NCBI RefSeq assembly: GCF_009914755.1
Contig: NC_060926.1
Direction: 5' to 3' (one strand)
Length of the DNA: 64,000 nucleotides
Origin: the human T2T-CHM13v2.0 reference genome, Homo sapiens
Positions 40,713-55,052 of this stretch are shown here, one piece after another (the first letter of the stretch is position 1; every line of letters begins with the position of its first letter). The notes beneath the pieces were generated by a model. It saw only the letters and a list, made by a program, of their open reading frames with translations. It was not told the origin of the DNA and did not search any database. A program made the translations under genes and the position numbers.

Positions 40713-42069
40713 CACCTCCCTTCTGAGCCCCACCCATGTCTACATTTGGGGAAGAACAGTTTAAGTCAAGGGATCACAGACTTGTGATTAGAGACTGCCA
40801 GGGTCCATATGACCAAGTGGGGGTCCCAGGTGTGAAGCTGGGGTTGAGGGTCCATTATCTGAATTCTCCACTCTATGGATGATCATTTTTATTATTTTCC
40901 TTTTCTTGAATTTATTTCCATTTGTTTATTCCTAAATTCCCTAGTATATCACCTGTGGAAGCTTGCAACTTCCTGACCAAGTATAAAGGGCGAAGGATTT
41001 GACTTACAGCAGAGACTTCAGAAGGAGTCCCCCATAGGAGGGACTTGGGGGCAATCCAGTGGGAAAGAGGAGGAGGACTGCGCTTGAGTTGTGTTTGAAC
41101 AGCAGGCACTCAATCTCTACTTATTTTGCAGGCTTCTTTGAGGTGGCCTAGCTCGGATTCAAGGCATTCTCATCAAGGATGTGAGAGCAGTTACTGGGAT
41201 ATCCTTGGCTTCCCTGTTGGTTTGCCAACGAGAGCTCCCCTTCCTCCTTTGCCTCCAACCTGGTCTTCTTTGGAGGTTGGCTTCCCAGTGTTCTCCACCT
41301 TCCACAACTCCAAGGCCTGGCCTCAATCTCTACTTATTTTTCAGGCTTTTTGAGGGTATTTGAATGGAACACAAACCCTCCTTTGCCGCCAGCCACTCTT
41401 TCGCACAATCACTGCCAATGACCAGTTGGTTTAAATGGCCCTGAGGCTGACGGCATAGGCCACTCCCAGAGTCTGGCTGGTTAGCAGAGAGACCACAGAG
41501 CTGGGGCAGTCCATGAATGGAAGAGCTGTGGTCAAGGTCACTGCAGCCCCCATCTCAGTAACGGAGAACGGCTTCTCTGGGAACCCACCTTAGCTGCCTC
41601 CAGCAGCTAATGGCTGTCCCCTAGCTTGAGTCTTCTGGCACCTTCGTCACTTCTCCATATAACATGAACCCTGCTGTGAGGCATTTACAAGTCAGCCCTC
41701 TTCTAGCTTGGGAGCCATGAGACAGCAAGAACCTTCTTCAATTCATGTTTATGTTCTCTTTCAGGGAATATAGTAGGTGCTCAATCAATGGTTGTGGAAT
41801 AAATGAAGGGAGACATTTCTCCTGTGATTCATGGACCATAAGTCACCACCACGATTCAGTGTCTATTGCTTTTGGCTACACACTAAAGTCACTGGTATGC
41901 CTGATAGCTTCACTTCCACACAGCCCAGTTGGTCTGCCTGGCATTGCTTCTTTCCAACCTTCCTCTAATGTTTGGAGCTAATGCCAGTCTGTGCAAGTAT
42001 AAATCCTGCCCTACCACAAATGCCAAATTTACCATGCCATGGATTCCTACAGTTCTGCACTGGAAAGAA

Positions 42070-42472
<403 letters not shown>

Positions 42473-42739
42473 TAACAGGAAGTGTAAGGGGACAATAGCC
42501 ACTCATGCTTTGCTTTTACTGATGTTGGACTATTGTGCTCTAACGCCTAGACTAGAAAGGAGTCAAAGATGGGGTAGTCCCAGGAGGTGGGAGACTCCCT
42601 CTATTAATCATCTAGGGAAAATCAGCCCCAAGGGCAGAAAATAGTCACTGGGGACACAGGAGAAAAAAGACGGGGGCCTAGACTGCAAAACACCTGCCTA
42701 TACTCAAGAAAGACCCTGAGGCCGGGAGAAGGATAGTTT

Positions 42740-42779
42740 TTGCCACAAGGGGGCAGCAGTTGCTAGACAGGGAATCCCC
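42740..42779 (+). promoter_or_regulatory. Candidate CTCF site with adjacent NF-kB site
   Basis: TGCCACAAGGGGGCAGC and GGGAATCCCC; motif matches only. Confidence 0.5.
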
Positions 42780-43529
42780 TGTGAGACACCCCCTTGAGAA
42801 AGACCAGGGCCAAGAGCAGGTATATTTAACACCGTGTGTTAAGTTCTTCTTGGTGTATAGTTCCCTTCTGCTTTTCCTAAACCCTCAGTAAGTCGGTTCA
42901 CTATTCCAGTCTATTTCAAGGAATCACTGAGGGGTTAGGGAAGAGGCTGGTCTCCTGGAGCCCGAGGAGTGAAGGGGAGCAGCCCTGCTGCATGAGTGTG
43001 GTGAGGGCAACAGCAATGCTGGGGTCTCCAGGAGAAGTTGCATCTGGAGGACAAGGGTGGAAAGAACCTTTCACTTCGCAGTAGGACGAGCATTTCACTG
43101 AAGGAGGGAGAAAGCACATATAGATGAGTTTAGAATAAAATTTTACCCACTTCAAAATGTTCCAGCAAGTCAGCCCACCCAACCTATCTTCTATACCTCA
43201 CTTCCCACTTATAACTGTGCCCTCTTAAAATGGCCTAGAATGTTCCTGCTGAGAAGCATTTTTCCATTCCATGTAGAGCTCCTAATGCCACAAAGAAAGC
43301 TGTGACAGGTGCAGCCCGAATGCCAGTCAACTGGCAAAATGTAGTATCTCTTTGGGTGACATCTTCTTACCACTCTGTTTTAAACATGATGACTTCTGCA
43401 CAGACCATGTGAACAGCACAATGTGGCTGTAAGAACATCTATTTTGTCCCTGCATCAGCCTTATGCCAGCTTCAGCATCTCTTCTCATTCCTCCAGAAGA
43501 ATCCACTTGGATCTGGGATCAAAGTAGAG

Positions 43530-43930
43530 GAAAGGGGTAGAGGGAGGTTTCTCCTCTCTCCCCAGTGACGTCCTCGTAACCACAGCAACAGGCTCAGGGA
43601 GTGAGTCTGTGACCCAAGATGATCCAGTCAGAGCAAAGTTCAGATGTTTGCTCAATGAATGTGGAAAAGCAAGTATATAGTCTTGTTGCAGTCAGCAGCC
43701 ATTTTGCTACCATAAATGGCAAAAACAGTCCAAGGAAAAAACCAACACACAGAAGAAGGCAGAGTTGAGAGAATCAGAGAAACAGACCAAGAGTCCTGAA
43801 CAAACCATGCCCAGAGGCCATCTTCTCTCTGTACTTTCTTCGGTTCCATGAGCCAATAAATTGTCTTTATTGTTAAGACCAGTTTAAGTTGACTTTTCTG
43901 TTACCAGCAACCAAAACATGCCCAACTGTG
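43530..43930 (+). mobile_element. MLT1 (MaLR) LTR remnant
   Basis: CAGCCATTTTG...ATGAGCCAATAAATT...TTTTCTGTTACCAGCAACCAAAA. Confidence 0.7.
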
Positions 43931-44196
43931 AGAGTTCTGGAAACCAAATGTGGTCTAGGATGAGAGGAGCAGGGAGTAGTGTCAGTGAGACACTGGGTCA
44001 AGGCTGCAGTGGTAAAGATACAGGGGCATTGACAGACACGTGACCTAGCCAGGTGCAGACCTCCCAGCCCTGATCTCCAGTCTCCAGAGGAAGCCAGAGA
44101 AGGACCTTGAAAAGTGAGCATATTTGTTTCCTGCAATCTCCGTTTTAAAACTAAAATTAAATTTAAAAATTATTTCCTGCAATCTCAATTTTTTTA

Positions 44197-44797
<601 letters not shown>

Positions 44798-45355
44798 TCA
44801 GAAAATCCGCATGAAGGACCCAGAATTCCTTGCTTTGAAGTCAGACAGACCAGGATGGAAATACTGGCTCTTCTTTACTAGTTTGTGATCTTGGGTGGTG
44901 ATAGGAAAGCATTTTTCTATTCTATGCAGAACACCCAGTGCCACGAAGAAAGCCGTGACAGGTGCAGCCTGAATGCCAGTCAACTGGCAAATTGTGGCAT
45001 CTCTTAACATTTATCAAAATATCCTTATCTATAAAAACGGGGATAATAATACTTACCTCTCCAAGCTGTTGTGATGATGGAAGGCTTGAGCTCCAAACCA
45101 GCTGGTACAAATCCCAACTCTGTCCCTGGCTAGATGTGTGCCCTTGGGCAGCTTAGATGCTCACTCTGTGCCTCAGTTTTCTCACCTGCAAAAGGATAAT
45201 AAAAGTAGGACCTAGTTTATAGGATTGGCATCAGGATCAATTAGTTAATATATGTAAAGTGGTTGGCAGATAATAAGTGTTCAGTCACTTTTAGTTCATC
45301 CTGGTCTGGCTGGCTCCAAAGCAGGGAATTCTGGGTCCTTCATGAGGATTTCTGA

Positions 45356-45620
<265 letters not shown>

Positions 45621-45630
45621 TTATGATCAC

Positions 45631-45631
45631 T

Positions 45632-45674
<43 letters not shown>

Positions 45675-45677
45675 TTT
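45631..45677. repeat. (TTTA)n microsatellite
   Basis: About 11 units. Confidence 0.93.
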
Positions 45678-45761
45678 TGTACACAACCCCCATGGTCCCG
45701 TGGGGGAGCTGTGTATCGAACACACCAAAAAATGCAGAACCTTTGATGCTGAAATTCCACT

Positions 45762-45860
45762 AAAAGAGGGAAGGGAGGAAGGGAGGAAGAGGAGAGAGGG
45801 AGGGAAGGAAGAAAGGAAAGAAGGAAGGAAGGAAGGAAAGAAAGGAGGAAGGAAGGAAAG
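45762..45860. repeat. Polypurine (GGAA/GAAA)-rich tract
   Basis: About 100 bp of purines only. Confidence 0.9.
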
Positions 45861-46265
45861 TAAGTTTATCACAGGGTTGTTTATAATAATAAAACAGCAA
45901 TAATCTCAATGTTCTTCAAAAAATGTTTATACAAATTATACTGGATTTATAAAATGGAATACCATGCTTCTATTTAAAATAATGTACAGCTATAATTAAT
46001 GCTATAGAAAAGTGTTTGTAATAGGATGCTAAGTGGCAATAAAGATTAAAAAGTAGAATGTACAGTATTACATTTTGTATCAAATACATATATGTGTATG
46101 CACAGGGAAAACACGGGAAACGTAGTCAAATGTTAGCAGGGGTTATCTTTGGGGATTGTAGATATTTGGGATTGTAGATATTTGCTTCCTTGCTTATGTC
46201 TTTTGATGTTGCTCAATCTTTAAAATAAGCATTACTTTTGCAATCAGAAAAAAAAAAAATACACA

Positions 46266-46613
<348 letters not shown>

Positions 46614-47114
46614 TCATTCCCAACCCCTCACTCCAATTTGCCTGCACAGCTCTGTTTGTGAGCAGACGCCCAGGACTCTGAGCTTCCGTCCCACTGGGCT
46701 CCTCCCTCCTCAGCCCTGAAACCTGCAGGCTTTTTTGCCTCTGGGCTCCCACACCACTTAGTTCTCCACTGCTGCTGTTTTCTCAGACTGTTTTATGCTT
46801 ATTTCTAGGAGTCTTTGTCTCACACTGGACTATGAGTAGGCAGGACTCAGGCACAAAGCCTGGCACCTGGTCATGATTCATAAAGCTCCCCTGCCTTCTC
46901 TCCTGGCCCCTCCTGAAGGCCAGAACTGTAAAGGATTCTAGTTTGCATCCCTGGTGCCCAGCAAAGTGTGTGACACAAGGAGGGGTGTGTGACCTCTGCA
47001 GGTGCCTGGGACCTGGGCTCAGAAAAGCCCCACCTTAGCGTCTGATATTCTACAGTCGCTGTCTTATAATTCTTAATAATTTTATCTTGGAATGTGTGTT
47101 TTATAAGTGAAGTC

Positions 47115-47558
<444 letters not shown>

Positions 47559-47706
47559 TTACAAGTTAGGAAAAAAACATGGGAAGTCCACTGGGTCATG
47601 CACAGATACTGGGAGCCTCAGTTCACATGCTGTCCCACCTCTGTTGCCTTGAGGGATGAGGTCTCAGCTACCCGCTCCCCAGCCTCAAGACCACCGTAGT
47701 CCTCGC

Positions 47707-48137
47707 TTTCATGCCCGTCCGTGTGAAGAGACCAACAAACAGGTTTTGTGTGAGCAATAAAGCTGTTTATTTCACCTGGGTGCAGGTGGGCTGAGTCCGA
47801 AAAGAGAGTCAGCAAAGGGTGGTGGATTATCATTAGTTCTTATAGGTTTTGGGATAGGCTGTGAAGTTAAGAGCAATGTTTTGCGGGCAGGGGTGGATCT
47901 CACAAAGTACATTCTCAAGGGTGGGGAGAATTACAAAGAACCATCTTAAGGGTGGGGGAGATTACAAATTACATTGATCAGTTAGGGTGGGGCAGAAACA
48001 AATCACAATGATGGAATGTCATCAGTTAAGGCTATTTTTACTTCTTTTGTGGATCTTCAGTTACTTCGGGCCATCTGGATGTATACGTGCAAGTCACAGG
48101 GGATAAGATGGCTTGGCTTGGGCTCAGAGGCCTGACA
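47707..48137 (-). mobile_element. HERV-H 3' LTR (LTR7 family)
   Basis: TGTCAGGCCTCTGAGCCCAAGC...CATGAAA on -, preceded by PPT AAGAAGGCAGGAA. Confidence 0.95.
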
Positions 48138-49996
48138 TTCCTGCCTTCTTATATTAATAAGGAAAATAAAACAAAATAGTGTTAAAGTCTTGGGGTGGCG
48201 AAAATGTTTGGGGGGTTGTATGGAGAGAGAGTGGGCGATGTTTCTCAGGGCTGCTTCAAGCGGGATTAGGGGCGGCGTGGGAACCTAGAGTGGGAGAGAT
48301 TAAGCTGAAGGAAGATTTTGTGGTAACGGTTGATATTGTGGGGTTGTTAGAAGAAACATTTGTCATTTAGAATTATTGGTGGTGGCCTGGATACGGTTTT
48401 GTATGAATTGAAAAACTAGATGGAATAAGAGAAGGAGAAAAACAGGTATAAAAGGTCTAAGAATTGGGAGGACCTAGGACATCTGATTAAAGACTGCCTA
48501 AGGAGATTCAGCATAGTCCTGCCAGCAAAGATTATTTATTTACTTCAAGAGTTAAGAGTGGCAGTTTGGGGATAGCATGAGGAGATATCAGCTGTGATGG
48601 CTTGGAGAAACAGTGTAAACTGGCAGTGTAAACAAGAGCAGGGCATGTATGAGTAGTTGAGAATGGTGGATAGGAGTATGAGTAGACAGAAGATAGTATG
48701 GTTGACAAGTTTTTTTGGGGCACAGTCTAAGTTGGTCTGGTGTCTGGAATGAGACTGGGGCCTAATAAAAAGGAGCTTCTATACAGGAGCTTAAATGGGC
48801 TGTACCTTGTAGCATTCTGAGGACAGGCCTGACTTCTGAGAAGGGAAAGTGGTAAAAGTATTGTCCAGTCCTTTTTAAGTTGGTGGCTGAGCTTGGTGAG
48901 GTGTGTTTTTAAAAGACCTTTAGTCCGTTCTACTTTTCTTGAAGACAGAGGACCGTAAGGGATATAAAGGTTTCACTGAATACTAAGAGCCTGAAAAACT
49001 GCTTGGCTGATTTGACTAATAAAGGCTGGTCTGTTATCAGACTGTATAGAGGTGGGAAGGCTAAACTGAGGAATTATGTCTGACAGAAGGGAAGAAATGA
49101 CTGTGTGGCCTTCTCACACCCTGTAGGAAAGGCCTCTACTTATCTAGTGAAAGTGTCTACTTAGACTAAGAGGTATTTTAGTTATCTGACTCGGGGCATG
49201 TTGAGTAAAGCTAATTTGCCAGTCCTGGGTGGGGGCAAATCTTCAAGCTTGATGTGTAGGGAAGGGAGGGGGCCTGAATAATCCCTGAGGCGTAGTAGAA
49301 TAGCAGATGGAACACTGAGAAGTTATTTCCTTGAGGATAGATTTCCATGATGGAAAGGAAATGAGAGGTTCTAAGAGGCAGGCTAGTGGCTTGTGCTATA
49401 GCATAGCCTGCCTTTGCTGGTGTGTGGCAATTAGGCCTGGTGGAATTGCCATCAATAAATCAAGTGTGATCAGGGTGAGGAACAGGAAAGAAGGAAATAT
49501 GGGGAAATGGGGTGAATGTCAGGTGGATCAGAGAGATACAGTCATGGGGGTCAGGTGTGGTATCAGGAATAATGTGGGAGGCCAGATTGAAGTCCGGGCC
49601 AGGAACAATGGTAATTGTGGGACTTAACAAAGAGTGAATACAGCTGAAGGAGCTGGGGAGCAGAAAGTATATGCGTCAGGTATGAGGAAGAAAATAGATT
49701 TTGGAAGTTATAAGAAATGTAGAGAATGAGTTGAGCACAGTTTGTGATTTTTAGGGCCTCTAAAAGTATTGAAGCAGCGGCAGCCGCTGCACGCAGACAT
49801 GAGAGCTAGGCTAAAACAGTAAGGTCAAGTTGTTTGGACAGAAAGTCTACAGGGTGCGGTCCTGGCTCTTGTGTAAGAATTCTGACCGCACTAACCATGC
49901 CTAGGAAGGAAAGGAGTTGTTGTTTTCTAAGGGATTGAGGTTTGGAAGATTAATCAGACACGATCAGCAGAGAGAGCACGTGTGTTTTTATGAGAA

Positions 49997-51580
49997 TTAT
50001 GCCGAGATAGGTAACAGATGAGGATGAAATTTGGGCTTGACTGAAGTAATGGGGGCTGTCTGTGAAGCCTTGCAGCAGTGAAGCCCAGGTAATTTGCTGA
50101 GCCTAATGGGTGTCAGGGTCAGTCTAAGTGAAAGCAAAGAGAGGCTGGGATGAAGGGTGTAAAGGAATAGTAAAGAAAGCATATTTGAGATCCAGAACAG
50201 AATAATGGGTAGTAGAGGGAGGTATTGAGGATAGGAGAGTATATGGGTTTGGCACCACAGGGTAGATAGGCGAAACAATTTGGTTGATAAGGCGCAGATC
50301 CTGAACTAACTTGTAAGGCTTGTCTGGTTTTAGGACAGGTAAAATGAGGGAATGGTAAGGAGGGTTCATAGGCTTTAAAAGGCCATGCTGTAGCAGGCGA
50401 GTGATAACAGGCTTTAATCCTGTTTAATCCTGTTAAAGCATGGTTTAAACCATGCTGTGGGATGGGATCTTGGCATTGAGTGGGGTAAGGGTGATTAGTT
50501 TTTAATGAGATGGTAAGGGGTGCCTGATCAGTCGCCAAGGGGGGAGTAGAGGTATCTTATACTTGTGGGTTAAGGTGGGGGAAAACAAGAGGAGGATGCA
50601 AAGGAAGCTTTGGATTGGGAAGAAGGGCAGCAATGAGATGCGGCTGTAGTCCAGGAATAGTCAGGGAAGCAGATAATTTGGTTAAAATATCTTGGCCTAA
50701 TAAGGGAACTGGGCAGGTGGGGATAACTAAAAAAGAGTGTGTAAAAGAGTATTGTCTAAGTTGGCACCAGAGTTGGGGAGTTTTAAGAGGTTTAGAAGCC
50801 TGGCTGTCAATACCTACAACAGTTATGGAGGCAAGGGAAACAGGCCTTTGAAAAGAAGGTAATGTGGAGTGGGTAGCCTGAGTATTGATTAAGAAGGGGA
50901 CAGACTTACCCTCCACTGTGAGAGTTACCTAAAGCTCGGCATCCGTGATGGTCTACGGGGCTTCCGAGGCAATAGGGCAGCATCAGTCTTCAACCGCTAA
51001 GCCAAGAAGGAGTCAGTCAGAGAGCCTTGGGCCAGAGTTCCAGGGGCTCTGGGAGTGGCTGCCAGGTGAGTTGAACAGTCAGATTTCCAGTGGCATCCTG
51101 CACAGATGGGACACGGCTTAGGAGGAATCCTGGGCTGCAGGCATTCCTTGGCCTGGTGGTCAGATTTCTGGCACTTGTAGCAAGCTCCTGGGGGAGGAGG
51201 TTCTGGAGGAACGCCTGGCCGCTGCGGTTCAGGCTTTTGGAAGTTCTTGTGTGCTGGAGATGTGGCTGGGGTTTGTCTCACAGTGGAGGCAAGGAATTGC
51301 AACTTTTTTTTATTATTGTACACCTTGAAGGTGAGGTTAATTAAGTCCTGTTGTGGGGTTTGAGGGCCAGATTCCAATTTTTGGAGTTTTATTTAATGTC
51401 AGGAGCAGATTGGGTAATAAAATGTATATTGAGAATAAGATGGCCTTTTGACCTTTTATGGTCTAGGGCTGTAAAGCATCTCAGGGTTGCTGCCGAGCAA
51501 GCCATGAACTGGGCTGGGTTTTTATACTTGATGAAAAAGAGCCTAAATGCTTCTGATTTGGGATAAAGAAAAAGGAGCAT
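49997..51580 (-). pseudogene. Disrupted HERV-H gag-pro-pol
   Basis: Zinc knuckles CYKCQKSDHQAKEC and CPICAGCHWKSDC; protease with a dead active site (LINTQAT); RT motifs LVQDLRLIN and VLDLKYAFF; split by frameshifts and stops. Confidence 0.9.
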
Positions 51581-52194
51581 TAACCTTGACTATGCCTTTG
51601 GCTCCAGCCACCTTTTTAAGAGTAAATTGCTGGGCAGGTGGGGGAGGGCTAGTCATGGAAGGAAACTGTAAGCTGGACCAGGTGTGAGGAGGGGAGGCGA
51701 TAAAAAGATTATAGGGTGGAGGAGCGGAGGCTGAGGAAGAATTGGGACCTAGCTTGGCCTGGCGAGGAGGGGAGAGGTCAGATGGGTCTGTAGAAAAGGA
51801 AGATTAGAAAGACTCAGCGACGCTTGGGGTTGGGACTGAGGGGACAGGCGGGAGGGAAAGAAGGAAGATTTGGGACGAGTTGCACTGGGGACAGAGACTA
51901 GGAAGGGACTGATGTGTAAAAGAATGCCTGGACGTCAGGCACCTCAGACCGTTTGCCTATTTTACAACAAGAATTATTTAGATCTTGTAGGATGGAAAAA
52001 TTGAAAGTGCCATTTTCTGGCTATTTGGAACTACTGTCAAGTTTGTATTGGGGTCAAGCGGCATTGCAGAAGAAAATAAGATGCTTAGATTTTAGGTCAG
52101 GTGAGAGTTGAAGAGGTTTTAAGTTCTTAAGAACACAAGCTAAGGGAGAAGAAGGAGGAATGGAAGGTTGCCCATAGTGAAGGAGGCAAGCCCA

Positions 52195-52708
52195 GAGAAA
52201 AGAGTAGAGACACGGAGAAGGGGTGGGGGTTTCTTGCCCTCCAGAAAAGCAGAGAAAGGGTTGGGGCACGGAATTAAGGGATTGGGGGTTCTTGCCCCCT
52301 AGAAAAGTGGGACTTGCCACTAACGGTGAAGGAGAAGGGGTTGAGGGGTTCTTGCCCCTGCCCCAGAAGAGCAAAGAAAGGGTAGAGACACAGAGAGAAG
52401 GGGTTGGGGTACTTGACCCTCCTCCAGAAAAGCAGGACTTGCCGCTAAGGGTGAAGGAGAAGGGGTTCAGGGGTACTTGCCCCTGCCCCAGAAAATCAGA
52501 GAAGGGGTAGAGACATGGAGAGAAGGGGTTGGGGTACTTGCCCCTTCTCCAGAAAAGCAGGACTTGCCGCTAAGGGTGAAGGAGAAGGGGTTGAGGGGTA
52601 CTTGCCCCTCCCCCAGAAAAGCAGAGAAGGGGTAGAGACACGGAGAGAAGGGGTTGGGGTACTTGCCCCTCCCCCAGAAAAGCGGGACTTGCTGCTAAGG
52701 GTGAAGGA
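52195..52708. repeat. ~123-bp tandem repeat (about 4 units) in the HERV-H leader
   Basis: Recurring GTAGAGACA..GAGAAGGGGTTGGGGTACTTGCCCC..CCAGAAAAGC..GGACTTGCCGCTAAGGGTGAAGGA. Confidence 0.85.
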
Positions 52709-53124
52709 CCAAGGCAGGTGTCCCTGCGTGGTCTGACACCTTTGAAACGTGGGTGAATAATCAGAGAGGTGTCTCTGCAATGATTAAACACCAAAGGAAG
52801 GCTGCCTTCCCAGTCTGTGACCGGCACTGGAGTTTTGGGTCCACGGATAAAACGTGTCTCCTTTTTCTCTACCAGAAAATGAAAGGAATTGAAATTAAGA
52901 GAAGGGAGAGATTGAAGTGTGGTGCCAAGATTGAAAGGAGAAAGAGGTTGAGGGATAGTGAGGGAAGTTGGAGAAGAGAGTAAAAAGAGGCCGCTTACCA
53001 GATTTGAAATTGGTGAGATGTTTCTTGGGCTGGTCAGTCTGAGGACCTGAGGTCATAGTTGGATCTTTCTCATGGAGCAAAGAGCAGGAGGACAGGGGAT
53101 TGATCTCCCAAGGGAGGTCCCCCG

Positions 53125-53142
53125 ATCCGAGTCACGGCACCA
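53125..53142 (-). other. Primer-binding site for tRNA-His
   Basis: TGGTGCCGTGACTCGGAT on -, 2 nt after the 5' LTR. Confidence 0.92.
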
Positions 53143-53144
53143 AA

Positions 53145-53575
53145 TTTCATGTGCGTCCATGTGAAGAGACCACCAAACAGGCTTTGTGTGAGCAATAAAG
53201 CTGTTTATTTCACCTGGGTGCTGGTGGGCTGAGTCCGAAAAGAGAGTCAGCAAAGGGTGGTGGATTATCATTAGTTCTTATAGGTTTTGGGATAGGCGGT
53301 GAAGTTAAGAGCAATGTTTTGTGGGCAGGGGTGGATCTCATAAAGTACATTCTCAAGGGTGGGGAGAATTACAAAGAACCTTCTTAAGGGTACGGGAGAT
53401 TACAAAGTACATTGATCAGTTAGGGTGAGGCAGACACAAATCACAATGGTGGAATGTCATCAGTTAAGGGTATTTTTACTTCTTTTGTGGATCTTCAGTT
53501 ACTTCAGGCCATCTGGATGTATACGTGCAAGTCACAGGGGATGCGATGGCTTGGCTTGGGCTCAGAGGCCTGACA
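53145..53575 (-). mobile_element. HERV-H 5' LTR (LTR7 family; CCCACCC-rich type II-like repeats)
   Basis: Same sequence as the 3' LTR; TATAAG and AATAAA present on -. Confidence 0.95.
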
Positions 53576-54369
53576 CTCATCCCTTGGAGGTAGCTTTGGT
53601 GCAGCCACAAGGCAGGTCAACATCAGGGCCCAGGCTCCCATGACAGTCTGAACTTGCCCCACAAGTATCCCTGTGCCCCAGGGGTTGCAACATTAAAAGC
53701 AAATAAGAAACACTCTGTCCAGTGAATACAGCGATGAAATGAGCTTAGAGATGCCACAAATTCTTTTTATCCCTTCAGCTCTCGATCTGCTCTTTCTTCT
53801 TGTTACTTGGGCTGCAGGGCATATGAAGATTACCCCAGAGGTTCAAGCAGTTCTTGTCATCTCTGAAAAGATGGGGGGATGTGAAATATCCCCACCTTAA
53901 CACAGTGGTTATGATTTGTCAAAGAATGTTTCGTGCCTCAAACACCAACCTGTTAGCAATGTAGCACTGTTTGATCTTGGGCACTTGTGGCATTGCCTGG
54001 CACTCAGTCTTCAGGGTCCATGACCGAGAATGCTCTTCTCAGATGCCCCTGCTCAAATGAGAGGCATGCTGGCATCCAGAGGCCTCATATTGGACTCAGA
54101 TCTAACGTGCTGGCCTCAGAGGAGGACTCGAAGAAAACGAGAGCAAAAACTACCCTCCAGCCTCATCGTGTCTCAAATGACCCCACTTCATACCAGTCAC
54201 AAAGCTTGGGAAAATGGGTCCCCCAACACCGTTTCCTAAGCCCTGAGACTCTCCAAGAGAAGAATGCCTGGGGTTGGGAAGGGAACTATGTCCCTTGCTC
54301 ACCATCCCTCAGGCACGTGGGCAACAGGAGATAGCACAGGATTGTGTATGGGAGGTGGACAGTCAGTGA

Positions 54370-55052
54370 TGTAACTACCCAAGGGGTTCACCTTGCCCGC
54401 TGCCTAGATGGAGCCAATTCCTCAAGACAGAGGAACTGCAATGGAGAAAGAGGAATTCACACAGAGCTAGCTGTGTGGAAGACTGGGGTTTTATTATTAC
54501 TCCAGTCAGTCTGGAACAAGCAGGGAGCAGAGTTTTTAAGGAAAACTTGGTGGGTGGGGAAAGCCAGTGAGCGAGGAGTGCTGATTGGTCAGGGACGAAA
54601 TCATAGGGAGTCGAAGCTGTCATCTTGTGCTGAGTCAGTTCCTAGGTGGGGGCCACAAGTTCAGATGAGCCAGTTTATGATCTGGGTGGTGCAGCTGATC
54701 CATCAAGTGCAGAGTCTGCAAAATGTCTCAAGCACTGATCTTAGGAGCGGTTTAGGGAGGGTCAGAATCTTGTAGCCTCCAGCTGCATGACTCCTAAATT
54801 ATAATTTCTAATCTTTTGGCTAATGTTAGCCCTACAAAGGCCGTCTAGTCCCCAGGCAAGAAGGTCTGCTTTGGGAAAGGGCTGTTATCGTCTTTGTTTT
54901 AAACTATAAACTCTAAACTGAGTCTCTATCAAAGTTAGTTCAGCCTATGCCCAGAAATAAACAATGACAGCTTGGAGGTTAGCAGCAAGATGGAGTTGAT
55001 TAAGTTAGATCTATTTCACTGTCTCAGTCATAATTTTCCAAAGGCAGTTTCA
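54370..55052 (-). mobile_element. LTR8-like solo LTR (ERV1)
   Basis: Starts TGAAACTGCCTTTGGAAAATTATGACTGAGACAGTG on -; perfect GTGA TSD (54366-69 and 55053-56). Confidence 0.85.

Larger units (their letters stand above)
47707..53575 (-). mobile_element. HERV-H provirus, common ~5.9 kb deleted form with two LTR7-family LTRs
   Basis: Two 431-bp LTRs differing at ~20 positions (~4.6%); PBS-His; polypurine tract; gag/pro/pol remnants; no env ORF. Flanks CTCGC/CTCAT are a degenerate 5-bp TSD. Confidence 0.96.

Noticed and set aside
49997-51580. HERV-H gag/pro/pol as functional genes
   Set aside because: Fragmented ORFs; the protease catalytic Asp is lost.
52195-52708. Repeat array as a CRISPR-like system
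   Set aside because: Head-to-tail tandem units without unique spacers, inside a retroviral leader in human DNA.
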